From Bacteroidia bacterium (GTDB lineage: Bacteria; Bacteroidota; Bacteroidia; Flavobacteriales; Schleiferiaceae), in the NCBI GenBank assembly GCA_030424545.1, contig JAUHWL010000012.1:20315-84314 (forward strand): DNA of 64,000 nt, written 5' to 3'. The notes below the pieces were generated by a model. It was given only the letters and a program-made list of their open reading frames with translations, was not told the origin of the DNA and did no database searches. The position numbers and the translations under genes are program-made. Positions 47,689 to 58,100 of this stretch are shown here, in pieces (positions within the stretch are counted from its first letter, which is position 1; each line of letters starts with the position of its first letter).

Positions 47689-48245
47689 AACGTCTATTAG
47701 TTATGTTTTTGGTTGTTCAACTTCTTGCTTGCAGTCAATCTGATAAACCTGTTAGTGATGTTGAGTATTTGGCTTGGATGGAAAATGAAGAAAATGGTTT
47801 CTTTCAACAGAAAACGATTGAAAACATAACCTTTAGCTTATTCAGGCAAACCTCTACCTATAGAACATTAAAATCAACAGATGAGCAGCTAGGAGAGCAG
47901 TTTGTTCTGCGCATAAGCCCAAAAGAGCGAAACGCTCAAAATGTATTAGAGCAACATGCCACAAGTACTGAAGAGTATTTTAGTTTACTTCAATACTTCA
48001 ATACCGCATTTAGAACTCAAATTGAACTTGTTGATTTAGAAAATAGCACAGCATTGCCCATTGCATACATGAACATTCCTAATTATAGGACTGCCAATTA
48101 TTTAGAGTTCGTTTTTGCGTTTAATCAATTGCCACTTGAAAGCGAGTTCAAAATAGTCATAAATGACAATGTATTTGATTCAGGTCCAGTAGTATTTCGT
48201 TTTAAAAACACAACCCCGCCTTACTTAATCGCCAACGCAAAATGA
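47685..48245 (+). CDS. lipoprotein
   Basis: Lipobox LLAC-S (MKRLLVMFLVVQLLACSQ). Its stop overlaps the start of the SpvB-domain gene. Confidence 0.55.
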   Translation: MKRLLVMFLVVQLLACSQSDKPVSDVEYLAWMENEENGFFQQKTIENITFSLFRQTSTYRTLKSTDEQLGEQFVLRISPKERNAQNVLEQHATSTEEYFSLLQYFNTAFRTQIELVDLENSTALPIAYMNIPNYRTANYLEFVFAFNQLPLESEFKIVINDNVFDSGPVVFRFKNTTPPYLIANAK

Positions 48246-51200
48246 ATATGATTTCAAAAATTAGAAAAGGAAAATTAATACGTCTGTTAGCCGCATTTAT
48301 TGCCATAAATATGCTAGTAGAGATAGTGAGTCCGACAACTGCATTTGCACTCACAACTGGCCCGTCTCAGCCTGAAGTACAGTCATTTGAGCCAGTGAGC
48401 ACAAGTGATATGGTTAATTTATTTTCTGGAGATTTTACTTATAATATTCCACTTTTTGAATTACCCGGTCCAGATGGAGGGTATCCATTTAATTTAGCTT
48501 ACCACTCAGGCATCGGCATGGAGCAAGAAGCATCATGGGTTGGATTGGGATGGAATATTAATCCAGGAGCACTGACCCGACAGATGCGAGGTGTACCCGA
48601 TGAGTTTAAAGGTGATGAGTACAAGTATGAGATGGATATGAAGTCATCTCAAACATTTGGAATCAATGCTTCAGCCAGTATGGAAATTTGGGGGTCAGAT
48701 TTAAGTAAGGCTACAGGAGGAGAAGGAAATGGAGCCTTATCTCTTTCAACAAGTCTTTATTATAACAACTATAGAGGATTTGGGTATTCCCTTGGTTCAG
48801 GGGTTAGTTTTAGAGCAGCGCACACTTCCATTGGATTGAATATGGATTCACAAGGAGGGACATCAGTGAGTATGGACTTCAGTGCTTCGCATGAACTGAG
48901 TTCCAAAAGTAATACGAGCATGAATGTAGGTGTTGGAATAAGTCTTAGTTCAAAAGCAGGTTTACAGGGAAGTTTGAGCTCATCATTAACAAAAAAATCC
49001 ACATTGACAGGGGAGAACGCAGCTGGAAAGAAGATTACTAATGATGTCACTAAATCATTAGGAACTAGTTCAACATTAAGCAGTGCTACGTTAGCTTATT
49101 CAAGTTATAACCCAATGGCTACAAGAGCGAATCATTTAAATGTAAGTTTCAGGACAGGGGGTGATTTGGCTGGAGCATTTACCAATTTTTCGATAGGAGG
49201 TTTTTTTAATACTACATATGCAAAAGATAAAAACTCTTCAAGAAAAGCCTACGGATTATTTTATGCACAGAAAAGAACAAAAGATGGCTTACAAGATTTT
49301 AATCGAGAGCGCGAAAAATCAGTGCACAGAGACGATAAAACATTTCCAATTCCTGTATCTACGCCAGACTTTTATTCGTTTACAGGGCAAGGAATAGGAG
49401 GAATGTTCCGCACGTTCAGGTCAGATATAGGAAATTTTCACGACCCATATACTAAATCAACTACAGATGGCGGGAGTTTTGGTTTTGAAGTAGGCCCAGG
49501 ACAACCTAACCATATTGGAGTTACGGGCACATATACTCATGGGCAAAGTGAAGTAGGAAAATGGAATGTAAATGGTGGCGCATATGATTTCAACAATTAT
49601 GGAGAAGAAAGAAATGATAAAGAGATTTCTTGGTTTGCTTTGAATGGAGAGATGGTTGCCATGGAGAAAGATGAATTAGATTGGATTGGTGGAGAAAAAG
49701 CTGTGACAGCAAAAATGCAGAAAAAAGGCTCAACTGAATATGTACCTGTTGCGAACACATTTATTGATAAATCGAAAAATCAAATTACGCTATCCAATCA
49801 AAACAGGCAAGAAGCAGGCTTCAACAAAAGGAAACGCAGAGGAACATTGATTCAACAAGTAACCAATGGATTGTTGCTTGATGGAAACAATGAATTAATG
49901 TCAGAGTACAAAGTGGGCTATTATAGTAGCTCAGTTGATGTTTCAGATGCGTTAGATGTCTTGGCCGCTACAGAAACATCTTATTTAAGAGGGACTAAAA
50001 AGTCGCATCACTTTGCGGGTTTTTCAGTTCACCAACCCAATGGCCAGCGCTACGTTTATGGCATTCCCGCTTATAATAATAAACAAATAGAAAGTTCATT
50101 TAGTGTTCCAGATGAGGATGTTGATTGTATACCAAGAGTAGATGTGCCTATAGATGGTAGTTCTTTGAAATATAAACATAACCTGACCAATGAGTTTTTG
50201 ATGCGCACGGAAATTCCGGAATATGCACATTCATACTTGCTAACAGGTATTTTAGGAAATGACTATATCGATGTGTTAGACGATGGGATAACTGATGATG
50301 ATTATGGTTATTGGGTAAAATTCAACTACGCAAAAATTCATGACAATTTTAACTGGCGTATGCCCTTTAAAGGTGCTCGATACAATAAAGGGAGCTACTC
50401 CCTAAAAGAAGACAATAAAGGAAGTTTTATTTATGGAGAAAAAGAGATCTGGTACTTAACTTCAGTAGAGACCAGAACGCACGTTGCCGTTTTCGAATTA
50501 AACGATCGCATGGATGGCATAGAGGCCCCAGGGGAACTAGCGGGATTAAGTGCTTCTTTATCTGGGTTGAGCAAGCTAAAAAAAATAAAGAGCATAAAGC
50601 TATACTCCAAGTTAGCATATCAAAATGCTGTTTCTCAAAGTACGCTATCATCGCTAAACCCTATTCAAACCATTCATTTTGAGTATGATTATTCGTTATG
50701 TGAAGGAGTAGAGAATAATAATGGTCAAACCGACCCAAATGATGGAGACCCTATTAGCAATGATGGAGGAAAACTAACACTTAAAAAGGTGTACATGACC
50801 TATGAAGGAAATCAACGCGGAGCGCTCAGTCCATATGAATTCAACTATAGCAATGTAAATCCAGACTATGATGAGTTTGCCATGGATAGGTGGGGAAACT
50901 ATAAACAAAGCAACAATGAGGGAGATTATTGTTCAAATATTGACATGCCTTATGTCAGCCAGTATGATGTGAGTACAGGATATACAAAAACAGAGTTGGA
51001 AAACTTTAGAGAAAATGAAGTAGATGACTATGCCAATGCATGGCATTTAAATGAAATCATAACCCCCACAGGAGGTAAAATATCAATCGAATATGAGAGT
51101 GATGATTACAGCTACGTTCAGCACCGCAAGGCAACACAGATGTTTCAAATAAACGGTTTAAAAAAGGACGCCAATGATGGTTTAACTACTTATACATACG

Positions 51201-54200
51201 AATCAAACCAAATAAACAACCGTGTAGAATTTAATTTAGAAGTTCCTATAGCAGCCGATATATCATATTATGCAGATAAATACCAAGGTATTTCTGACCC
51301 AGATGACGTATTAGAACAACACTATTTAAAAGGGTTGGAAAGACGTGGAGAACACATAGTATATTTTAAAACCTACGCTAATTTAAGAGATAATTTGTGG
51401 GATTATGTAAATGGATATGCAAAAGTAGTTGACTGGGGAGTAACGGGAGAAACAGCTGTAAAAAATATAAATGGCAGTAACCTGACCGCTTATACAAAAG
51501 GGTATTTAGTATTGGAAGATGTTGAGGGTTATAACCCGTTTGCTGCGGCAGTTTTCCAGCATATGCGCACAAATGAACCCATATTGCTCAATTATAATAC
51601 AGCAATTAACGGAGAGCCAGGTACTTCGGATTTTGAAAAGGCAGCTCGAGTAAAAAGCTTGCTTAGTTTCATCACTGAAATTCCGAAAATGTTTACCAAG
51701 TTTCGTAATTTCTGTAGAATGAAAGGATTTGGAAACAAGATTGACCCCGCAAAAACGGTCATCAAACTCACAAGTCCAGATGGCGTGAAATATGGTGGCG
51801 GCACTCGCGTAAAAGCGATAAGAATGAGTGACGAGTTTCCAGTAAATGGATCTTCAGCAGAATATGGACAAGTGTATTCTTACACGATGAATGATCCAAA
51901 GAATCCAGGCTTAACCATTAGTTCTGGAGTAGCTAGTTATGAGCCACAAATAGGAGGAGATGAAAATGCATTACGCTATGCTGAGAGTTTTTATACAGAA
52001 GGAACAGGTAAAAATACTTCAAACCAGCGATATGTAGAAATGCCAATCAATGAATCCTATTTTCCAGGTGCTTCAGTAGGCTATGAACAAGTAGAAGTGA
52101 TGAGTTTGAACACAGCTAATGTAGTTGATGGCCAAACTACGAATGTGGGAGATCCAACAGGAGTAAGTGTTCACAAATTTTATACAGCGCGTGAGTTTCC
52201 GACAATGGTGGAAAAAACAAATCGAACCGAAAACACTGGCAAAGCAAGAAGATTATGGATTCCAATTCCATTTATTGGGCAAATAGAAACCAATAGGATG
52301 CACGCTTCTCAAGGATATGCCGTACAAACCAATGATATGCATGGCAAACAAAAAAGCATTAGCAACTACGGGATAAGTAAGGCGGGTAACATAGTGTGGG
52401 AAGCTGCAATAAGTAAAGTAGAATATGACTATAAAAAGAAACTTATACTCTATGATGAAACAGCGGTATATAAACTTGAGAATAAGGTAAATACTATCCG
52501 CATTGTTGGTGCGGGAGATCATTATTTTGATCACGTACAAGATGAAATGTTGCTAGGTGTTCAATACGAATTCTTTTCGGATCAGCGTTGGTCTAAGTCA
52601 TATTCAAATATGGGAGGATTAGAGTTTAATACAGAGATTTTAACTGTTTATCCCATTCCAATTCCTTGGCCAAGCGTAAATTCCAGTACCAATGAACTCG
52701 GGCTTTGGATTACCAATAAAGTTATTCATCGCTCGGGGATTCAGCACAAAACAGTGGCCACTGATGGTCAAAGTACGGTAACAACAGAAAACCTAGCCTT
52801 TGACGCTTATACAGGTAAACCACTCTATACACGAACTAAAAACAATTGGGATAATAATGTGTACGGGTTGCAAGATGTTTATAATTACCCAGCAGTGTCA
52901 AATTTAGGATATCAATTTATTAGTGGGTTGCAAACGGTAGTGGGGCCAGGAAGTAATGACGTAAGTGTTGACCTCATGCAAATCACAGAAACGGGAAAAG
53001 AGCTTTATCCCGGAGATGAACTGATCTTGATCGATGAAAGTGGGAATAGATATAAAGCCACAGTTGTGCATGATTTAAGTATGCAATATGCAACTCAACA
53101 TGCAGATGAGGGGTCTTATTTAGAAGTAGGAAGTAGATTAATCTATGGGGAAAATTTACCTGTAAGTCCATCAGGAGAATACAATATAACCGTTGTACGG
53201 TCAGGTCACAGAAATATATTAAACCTACCTGCTCATGGTCTTACAGCATTGTCAGATCCTTTAAATTCGGATAACAGGATAGTAGGGAATTTAGATGATG
53301 AGTTTACAGGAATAAGAAATGTGCTCAATGCTAGTGCGGTTAATTACACCGATAAATGGAGCAAATTAAATGAAGACAATAATCCATATAAAAATGGCTT
53401 GAGAGGCATATTGCGGAAACAAAATGATCTTTTTTATGCAGCAAATCGCAAGCAAAGTTCTGGCTTGGTTTTAGGGCAAGATGGGATATATCAAGACGAT
53501 CAAGGAGGAGTTAACTATTATTATCCTGCCATATTACCATGGAACTTTTATGATGGTGACCCTATGGTGCTAGGTATGGATTATGCCACATCTACCAATA
53601 AAGACAGTAAAGATACATGGTATTATGGTTCTACTACCACACAGTTTGATGCCTACGGAAATGAAATTGAAAGTACTGATCCTTTAGGAATATTTAGTAG
53701 TGCGAAATATGGTTATAAAGGTTCATTGCCCATTTGGGTAGCGGCTAACGCATACCAAAAAGAAGTGCTTTTTGATGGTTTTGAGACCATTGATGAAACG
53801 GGCTTACAGGCAGACAACGGTGAATCATATAACCCGCTTGACGAGACTTTTATCGTAGATGAAGAAGCACATACTGGAAAAAGGAGTTTGCGTGTTCAGT
53901 CACCAACTTTGGATGTGCGATCAGATTTAGAGTTAGAAGGTGAAAAAGAATATGTTATTAGCGCTTGGGTGAAAGCAGATGAAACTGATTTTACTTATAA
54001 CCATGAAGGTGGTGACAACATTTCTATAGAAGTCCGCTTTTACGATCAAAACAGAACGACCATACTAGGTTCGGTTGTGGCTATCCCTGTTGGTGAAGTG
54101 ATTGAAGGTTGGCAACAAGTTGCTTTACAATTTGAGACCCCAAATGATCCAGCATTTGCAAAGACCGATTTCTATTTCTATACGGGTAACCAATATGCAC

Positions 54201-54424
54201 ATATGTGGGTAGACGATTTGCGCATTTTTCCTGCGAACGGAAACATGCAAAGTTATGTCTATGATGCAAACAATTACAGATTACAAGCCACATTGGATCA
54301 AAACAACTTTGCATCATTTTATTACTACGATGAGGCGGGTAACCTCTATTTAGTGAAAAAAGAAACCGAGCGAGGCATCTTCACTATTTCAGAAAGCACA
54401 AGCCATAAACAAGAAACGAATTAA
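48242..54424 (+). CDS. Giant SpvB/TcaC-N-terminal-domain protein (Tc toxin TcB-like)
   Basis: Residues ~60-125 (FSGDFTYNIPLFELPGPDGGYPFNLAYHSGIGMEQEASWVGLGWNINPGALTRQMRGVPDEF) match the SpvB N-terminal domain signature LPxGxxGxxPxLxLxYxSGxGNGxxGxGWxL...I.R.T..G.P. An S/T/G-rich low-complexity region follows, then a long beta-rich body. Confidence 0.75.
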   Translation: MNMISKIRKGKLIRLLAAFIAINMLVEIVSPTTAFALTTGPSQPEVQSFEPVSTSDMVNLFSGDFTYNIPLFELPGPDGGYPFNLAYHSGIGMEQEASWVGLGWNINPGALTRQMRGVPDEFKGDEYKYEMDMKSSQTFGINASASMEIWGSDLSKATGGEGNGALSLSTSLYYNNYRGFGYSLGSGVSFRAAHTSIGLNMDSQGGTSVSMDFSASHELSSKSNTSMNVGVGISLSSKAGLQGSLSSSLTKKSTLTGENAAGKKITNDVTKSLGTSSTLSSATLAYSSYNPMATRANHLNVSFRTGGDLAGAFTNFSIGGFFNTTYAKDKNSSRKAYGLFYAQKRTKDGLQDFNREREKSVHRDDKTFPIPVSTPDFYSFTGQGIGGMFRTFRSDIGNFHDPYTKSTTDGGSFGFEVGPGQPNHIGVTGTYTHGQSEVGKWNVNGGAYDFNNYGEERNDKEISWFALNGEMVAMEKDELDWIGGEKAVTAKMQKKGSTEYVPVANTFIDKSKNQITLSNQNRQEAGFNKRKRRGTLIQQVTNGLLLDGNNELMSEYKVGYYSSSVDVSDALDVLAATETSYLRGTKKSHHFAGFSVHQPNGQRYVYGIPAYNNKQIESSFSVPDEDVDCIPRVDVPIDGSSLKYKHNLTNEFLMRTEIPEYAHSYLLTGILGNDYIDVLDDGITDDDYGYWVKFNYAKIHDNFNWRMPFKGARYNKGSYSLKEDNKGSFIYGEKEIWYLTSVETRTHVAVFELNDRMDGIEAPGELAGLSASLSGLSKLKKIKSIKLYSKLAYQNAVSQSTLSSLNPIQTIHFEYDYSLCEGVENNNGQTDPNDGDPISNDGGKLTLKKVYMTYEGNQRGALSPYEFNYSNVNPDYDEFAMDRWGNYKQSNNEGDYCSNIDMPYVSQYDVSTGYTKTELENFRENEVDDYANAWHLNEIITPTGGKISIEYESDDYSYVQHRKATQMFQINGLKKDANDGLTTYTYESNQINNRVEFNLEVPIAADISYYADKYQGISDPDDVLEQHYLKGLERRGEHIVYFKTYANLRDNLWDYVNGYAKVVDWGVTGETAVKNINGSNLTAYTKGYLVLEDVEGYNPFAAAVFQHMRTNEPILLNYNTAINGEPGTSDFEKAARVKSLLSFITEIPKMFTKFRNFCRMKGFGNKIDPAKTVIKLTSPDGVKYGGGTRVKAIRMSDEFPVNGSSAEYGQVYSYTMNDPKNPGLTISSGVASYEPQIGGDENALRYAESFYTEGTGKNTSNQRYVEMPINESYFPGASVGYEQVEVMSLNTANVVDGQTTNVGDPTGVSVHKFYTAREFPTMVEKTNRTENTGKARRLWIPIPFIGQIETNRMHASQGYAVQTNDMHGKQKSISNYGISKAGNIVWEAAISKVEYDYKKKLILYDETAVYKLENKVNTIRIVGAGDHYFDHVQDEMLLGVQYEFFSDQRWSKSYSNMGGLEFNTEILTVYPIPIPWPSVNSSTNELGLWITNKVIHRSGIQHKTVATDGQSTVTTENLAFDAYTGKPLYTRTKNNWDNNVYGLQDVYNYPAVSNLGYQFISGLQTVVGPGSNDVSVDLMQITETGKELYPGDELILIDESGNRYKATVVHDLSMQYATQHADEGSYLEVGSRLIYGENLPVSPSGEYNITVVRSGHRNILNLPAHGLTALSDPLNSDNRIVGNLDDEFTGIRNVLNASAVNYTDKWSKLNEDNNPYKNGLRGILRKQNDLFYAANRKQSSGLVLGQDGIYQDDQGGVNYYYPAILPWNFYDGDPMVLGMDYATSTNKDSKDTWYYGSTTTQFDAYGNEIESTDPLGIFSSAKYGYKGSLPIWVAANAYQKEVLFDGFETIDETGLQADNGESYNPLDETFIVDEEAHTGKRSLRVQSPTLDVRSDLELEGEKEYVISAWVKADETDFTYNHEGGDNISIEVRFYDQNRTTILGSVVAIPVGEVIEGWQQVALQFETPNDPAFAKTDFYFYTGNQYAHMWVDDLRIFPANGNMQSYVYDANNYRLQATLDQNNFASFYYYDEAGNLYLVKKETERGIFTISESTSHKQETN

Positions 54425-54425
54425 T

Positions 54426-55124
54426 ATGAAAAGGCTACAATCACATATGTTGGCGCTGCTATGGGCAATAATTAGTCTGTTATATGTTCCAGAGGCTGAT
54501 GCGCAAGACTTTAAAGCTGATATGCAATATTTAACTGAGCATGTTATGGCAAATAAGAGTGTTAACATCAAAGCAAGCATAGAGATATTTGATGCCAACG
54601 ATAGGCCAATTCAACAGCAAACATATAGCCTGCTAAAAAGAGATCAAGAATTCAAATTTACCACCAACTCTATGGCAATGCTCTATAACAAAGATGTAAT
54701 GCTCAGCATAAATCATGTAGATAAGAAGATATTTATTTCTCAGAGAAGTGCGGAAAAAGAACAAAAACAGCATATCCCAGAATGGGATATGGGGATTGAT
54801 AGTTTGGTGCACACCCCTTTTCCGAGTGTAGTTTATCATCACACAAGTATTGGGCATACCTATGTTTTAACGCCTTCAGCCGAAACAGGCATAAAAGAAA
54901 TTGTTATCGTGTTAAGTAATAACAAACGGAGTATCCATTCTGTAGAATATTTCTTCAAACCAGATGGAGTCTATGAGTATAGCAAGATTGTTATTGAATA
55001 TGAAAAATTTGATACACGCCCCATAGCGGCAAAAGAATTTTCCATCGCCAATTATGTGCTTCAGAAAAAGGGAAAGCAAGTTCCGGCAAGTGCTTATGGA
55101 GACTATGAAATCACCCTGTTTTAA
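54426..55124 (+). CDS. secreted hypothetical protein between the TcB-like and RHS genes
   Basis: Signal peptide MKRLQSHMLALLWAIISLLYVPEADAQ. Begins 1 nt after the upstream stop. Confidence 0.5.
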   Translation: MKRLQSHMLALLWAIISLLYVPEADAQDFKADMQYLTEHVMANKSVNIKASIEIFDANDRPIQQQTYSLLKRDQEFKFTTNSMAMLYNKDVMLSINHVDKKIFISQRSAEKEQKQHIPEWDMGIDSLVHTPFPSVVYHHTSIGHTYVLTPSAETGIKEIVIVLSNNKRSIHSVEYFFKPDGVYEYSKIVIEYEKFDTRPIAAKEFSIANYVLQKKGKQVPASAYGDYEITLF

Positions 55125-55143
55125 TCGCCAAACCATTTGATTT

Positions 55144-58100
55144 ATGCAATTTTTAAAAAACCTTCTTAGCGCTGCCTTTTTACTTTTTAGCAGCACCGTA
55201 CTTGCTCAACAAACCACTTTGTTGCAAACTGATAAAGCGGATTTGAGCATAAATAAAGTGATTCGGTTGAAGGATGCTGTTGAAGATCCATCCTCAGGAG
55301 GATATATTTTACGCAAACATAAAGTGCGCTTAGAGTATACCAGAAGCAATCGTACCGATGTGTATAGCGGGAGTGATTGGACATATCAAATAGACTATAA
55401 AATATATAATTACGGTTCTGGTGTTTCAGGGTCTACATATTCTTTAAAAGTAGCCTTTAAGCCATCAGAAGAAAATTTTATCTACGAGGCCATACGTGTA
55501 CACGATCAGCTTGCCACAGAAGATTTAGGCGTTAAAATAGTGGGGATATCAACTACAGGCACTGTGCCAGATGACATTGTACTTTCAGTAGAAACAGAAA
55601 CAGAAGTACATTATTTTTTATCTCCTGCTGCACAAGGGTATGTGCATTTCAACAACACCGCAAAAGAAGTGCGCTGGAAAACAGTCGAAGGAGCGAAGCA
55701 ATACGATGTAGAATGGGTGTTTGTAGATGACGAATCCGCAGCGGCATATACAGCGTTTATTGGAGCAACTGGAAATGCCAAACCATTTGCTTTTAAAGAG
55801 CCAGTGAGAGTGCGTACCGCAGGCAATAGTTTAAGATTAGAGCCTACATATCCTTCAGGCACACTTTACTTTCGTGTGCGTCCCGTAGGAGTGTGGGTAG
55901 TGGGGGTTAATGGGAATTATAGCCACATAAAAACGGGGGCTTGGGGATATACCAAAAGTCCAACTGATGGTACGGTTGCTAAACACATCATCAGCACCTC
56001 CTTTGAAGAAGACAAAAACTGGCAAATGGTGGTTACCTATGCCGAAGAAGGTAAAAACAAGCGAGTTGTTAGCTACTATGACGGGAGTTTGCGCAACCGC
56101 CAAAGCCTGACCAACCTTTCTACACAAGATGTTACATTGGCGGCAGAACAAGTGTATGATTTTGAAGGGCGCCCAGCAGTTAGCATTTTACCAGCACCAC
56201 TTAGCAATAACACATTTGGTTATAAAAGCAATTTAAACAAAAAGGGTAGCAATGCCTTTTCTGCTAGTGATTTTGATGGTAAAAATGGAAGTGCATTGAA
56301 TACCAGTGCAACAGGAAGTGCTGCACAATATTATTCAAACAACAACCTTTACAAAAACCAGCAAACCAATGGCAATTTCATTCCAGATGCTGAAGGTTAT
56401 GTGTATGCACAAAATGTATACATGCGCGATAATACAGGACGAATGGCTATTTCAGGAGGAGTTGGGAGTACCTTTAAAATTGGAGGCGATCATGAAACGA
56501 AATATTACTACGGAACCCCCTCAGCAGTAGAGCTCTATCGCTTATTTGGAACAAATGTTGGGGAAGCTAGTCATTATAAAAAAAACATGGTGATGGATCC
56601 GAATGGTCAACTTAGCGTGAGCTACCTTGATCAAGAAGGGCGCACCATTGCAACGGCATTGGCAGGGCTTAGCCCAGATAATTTGTATGCTTTGGAAAGC
56701 AATGTATCAGACGAAAGCATTCAAATAGATTTATTGGCAGGCAACAATGGTTGGGATTTGGCCAATGGAGTAGCCACAAGTGTGCATCGTCAACTAAACG
56801 TACTCCCAAATAATGAGTTTACTTTTGAGTACGACATAACAGGAGCGCTTTATGAAGTAAGTGTTACAGGGCTTGATCCTAACGAACCGCAAAACTCTAC
56901 GGACTTTTGCATGGATTGCGAATACGCATTAACAATTTCCATCACCGATCCGGATGGCAACAATGTGCCGATGGAAGTGACAAGCGGCCCAAGTGACAAA
57001 CTTGGAACCCATAATGTGCCATACCAGGACACAATTCGCATGACGGGAGATCCGGATTGCTCTAGCTCATCAACCTATAACCCTGAAATGGCTCCCGTTT
57101 ATTTTACGGCAGATTTTGAGGACATAGGTACATATACCATTACCCGACAGCTAAAAGTTATTATAAATGAAGCAGATTTTATGAGCCAAGCAGCGGATGC
57201 GTTAGAAGATTTAGGGCTTAGTGAGCAAGGCTTAATTGATCAATATCTGCAAAACGTAGATACGGTAGATTGCGATTTTACGTGCTACGACCGCGCCAAG
57301 ACGAAGGCAAAATTGATGTATCCGGGCTATAACAGCACACAAATTGAAAACGTGATTCCAGCAATAATGGACACCATGTGTGTGCGCTTGATGAATCAGG
57401 CAATGGGGGGAGGCGAAGCAGAGTGCGAAAGCCTTTTGGGTGCAATGATTACAGACGTTTCACCAGGTGGGTGGATGTACACTAGCGATGCCACCAGTGA
57501 TTTTTGGACTTCTATTGACGTGTCATCAATCAACACCTTATTAGGCACCAGTTTTACATTGGCCGATTTGCGCGACCCTACACAATGGTATAGTGAAATC
57601 AGTGATGAATTGGTAAAAAAACACCGAGAGTATTGCCACTACCTGCAATGCTCTACTTATGCTGAGTCTAAAGGTTATCAAAACAACATGGCCATGGGGG
57701 CAAATGATTGGGCAGAAGCTAAAACTCAGGGCTTTGATGACCCATTTAATGAAAAAGGAACTAGCAATGTTATCGATAAAGACCCTATTTCAGATGTTGA
57801 TTTGGGACAATCATTTTCTTTAACAGCAAATGATGGTGTCAGTTCTTCATTTTCGGCTACAGATCATCACTCTGATGCCATTGAATTTTTAATGATGCAC
57901 GGCTATCCTGGCATGTCTGGAAAAGCAAGCTTTTCCCTCGGTTTAGACCAATTGCAAGGCACTACTGTGAGTGGTATGGTCTATCCGTCTGATGATCAGG
58001 GAAAATGGTCGCTTTTCATGTCTGCCTACAACGCGGCATGGTATCAGGTGTACGAAGCGGTAAAAGCGGCAAGCAGCTGCGTATATTATCATGATGGCAA

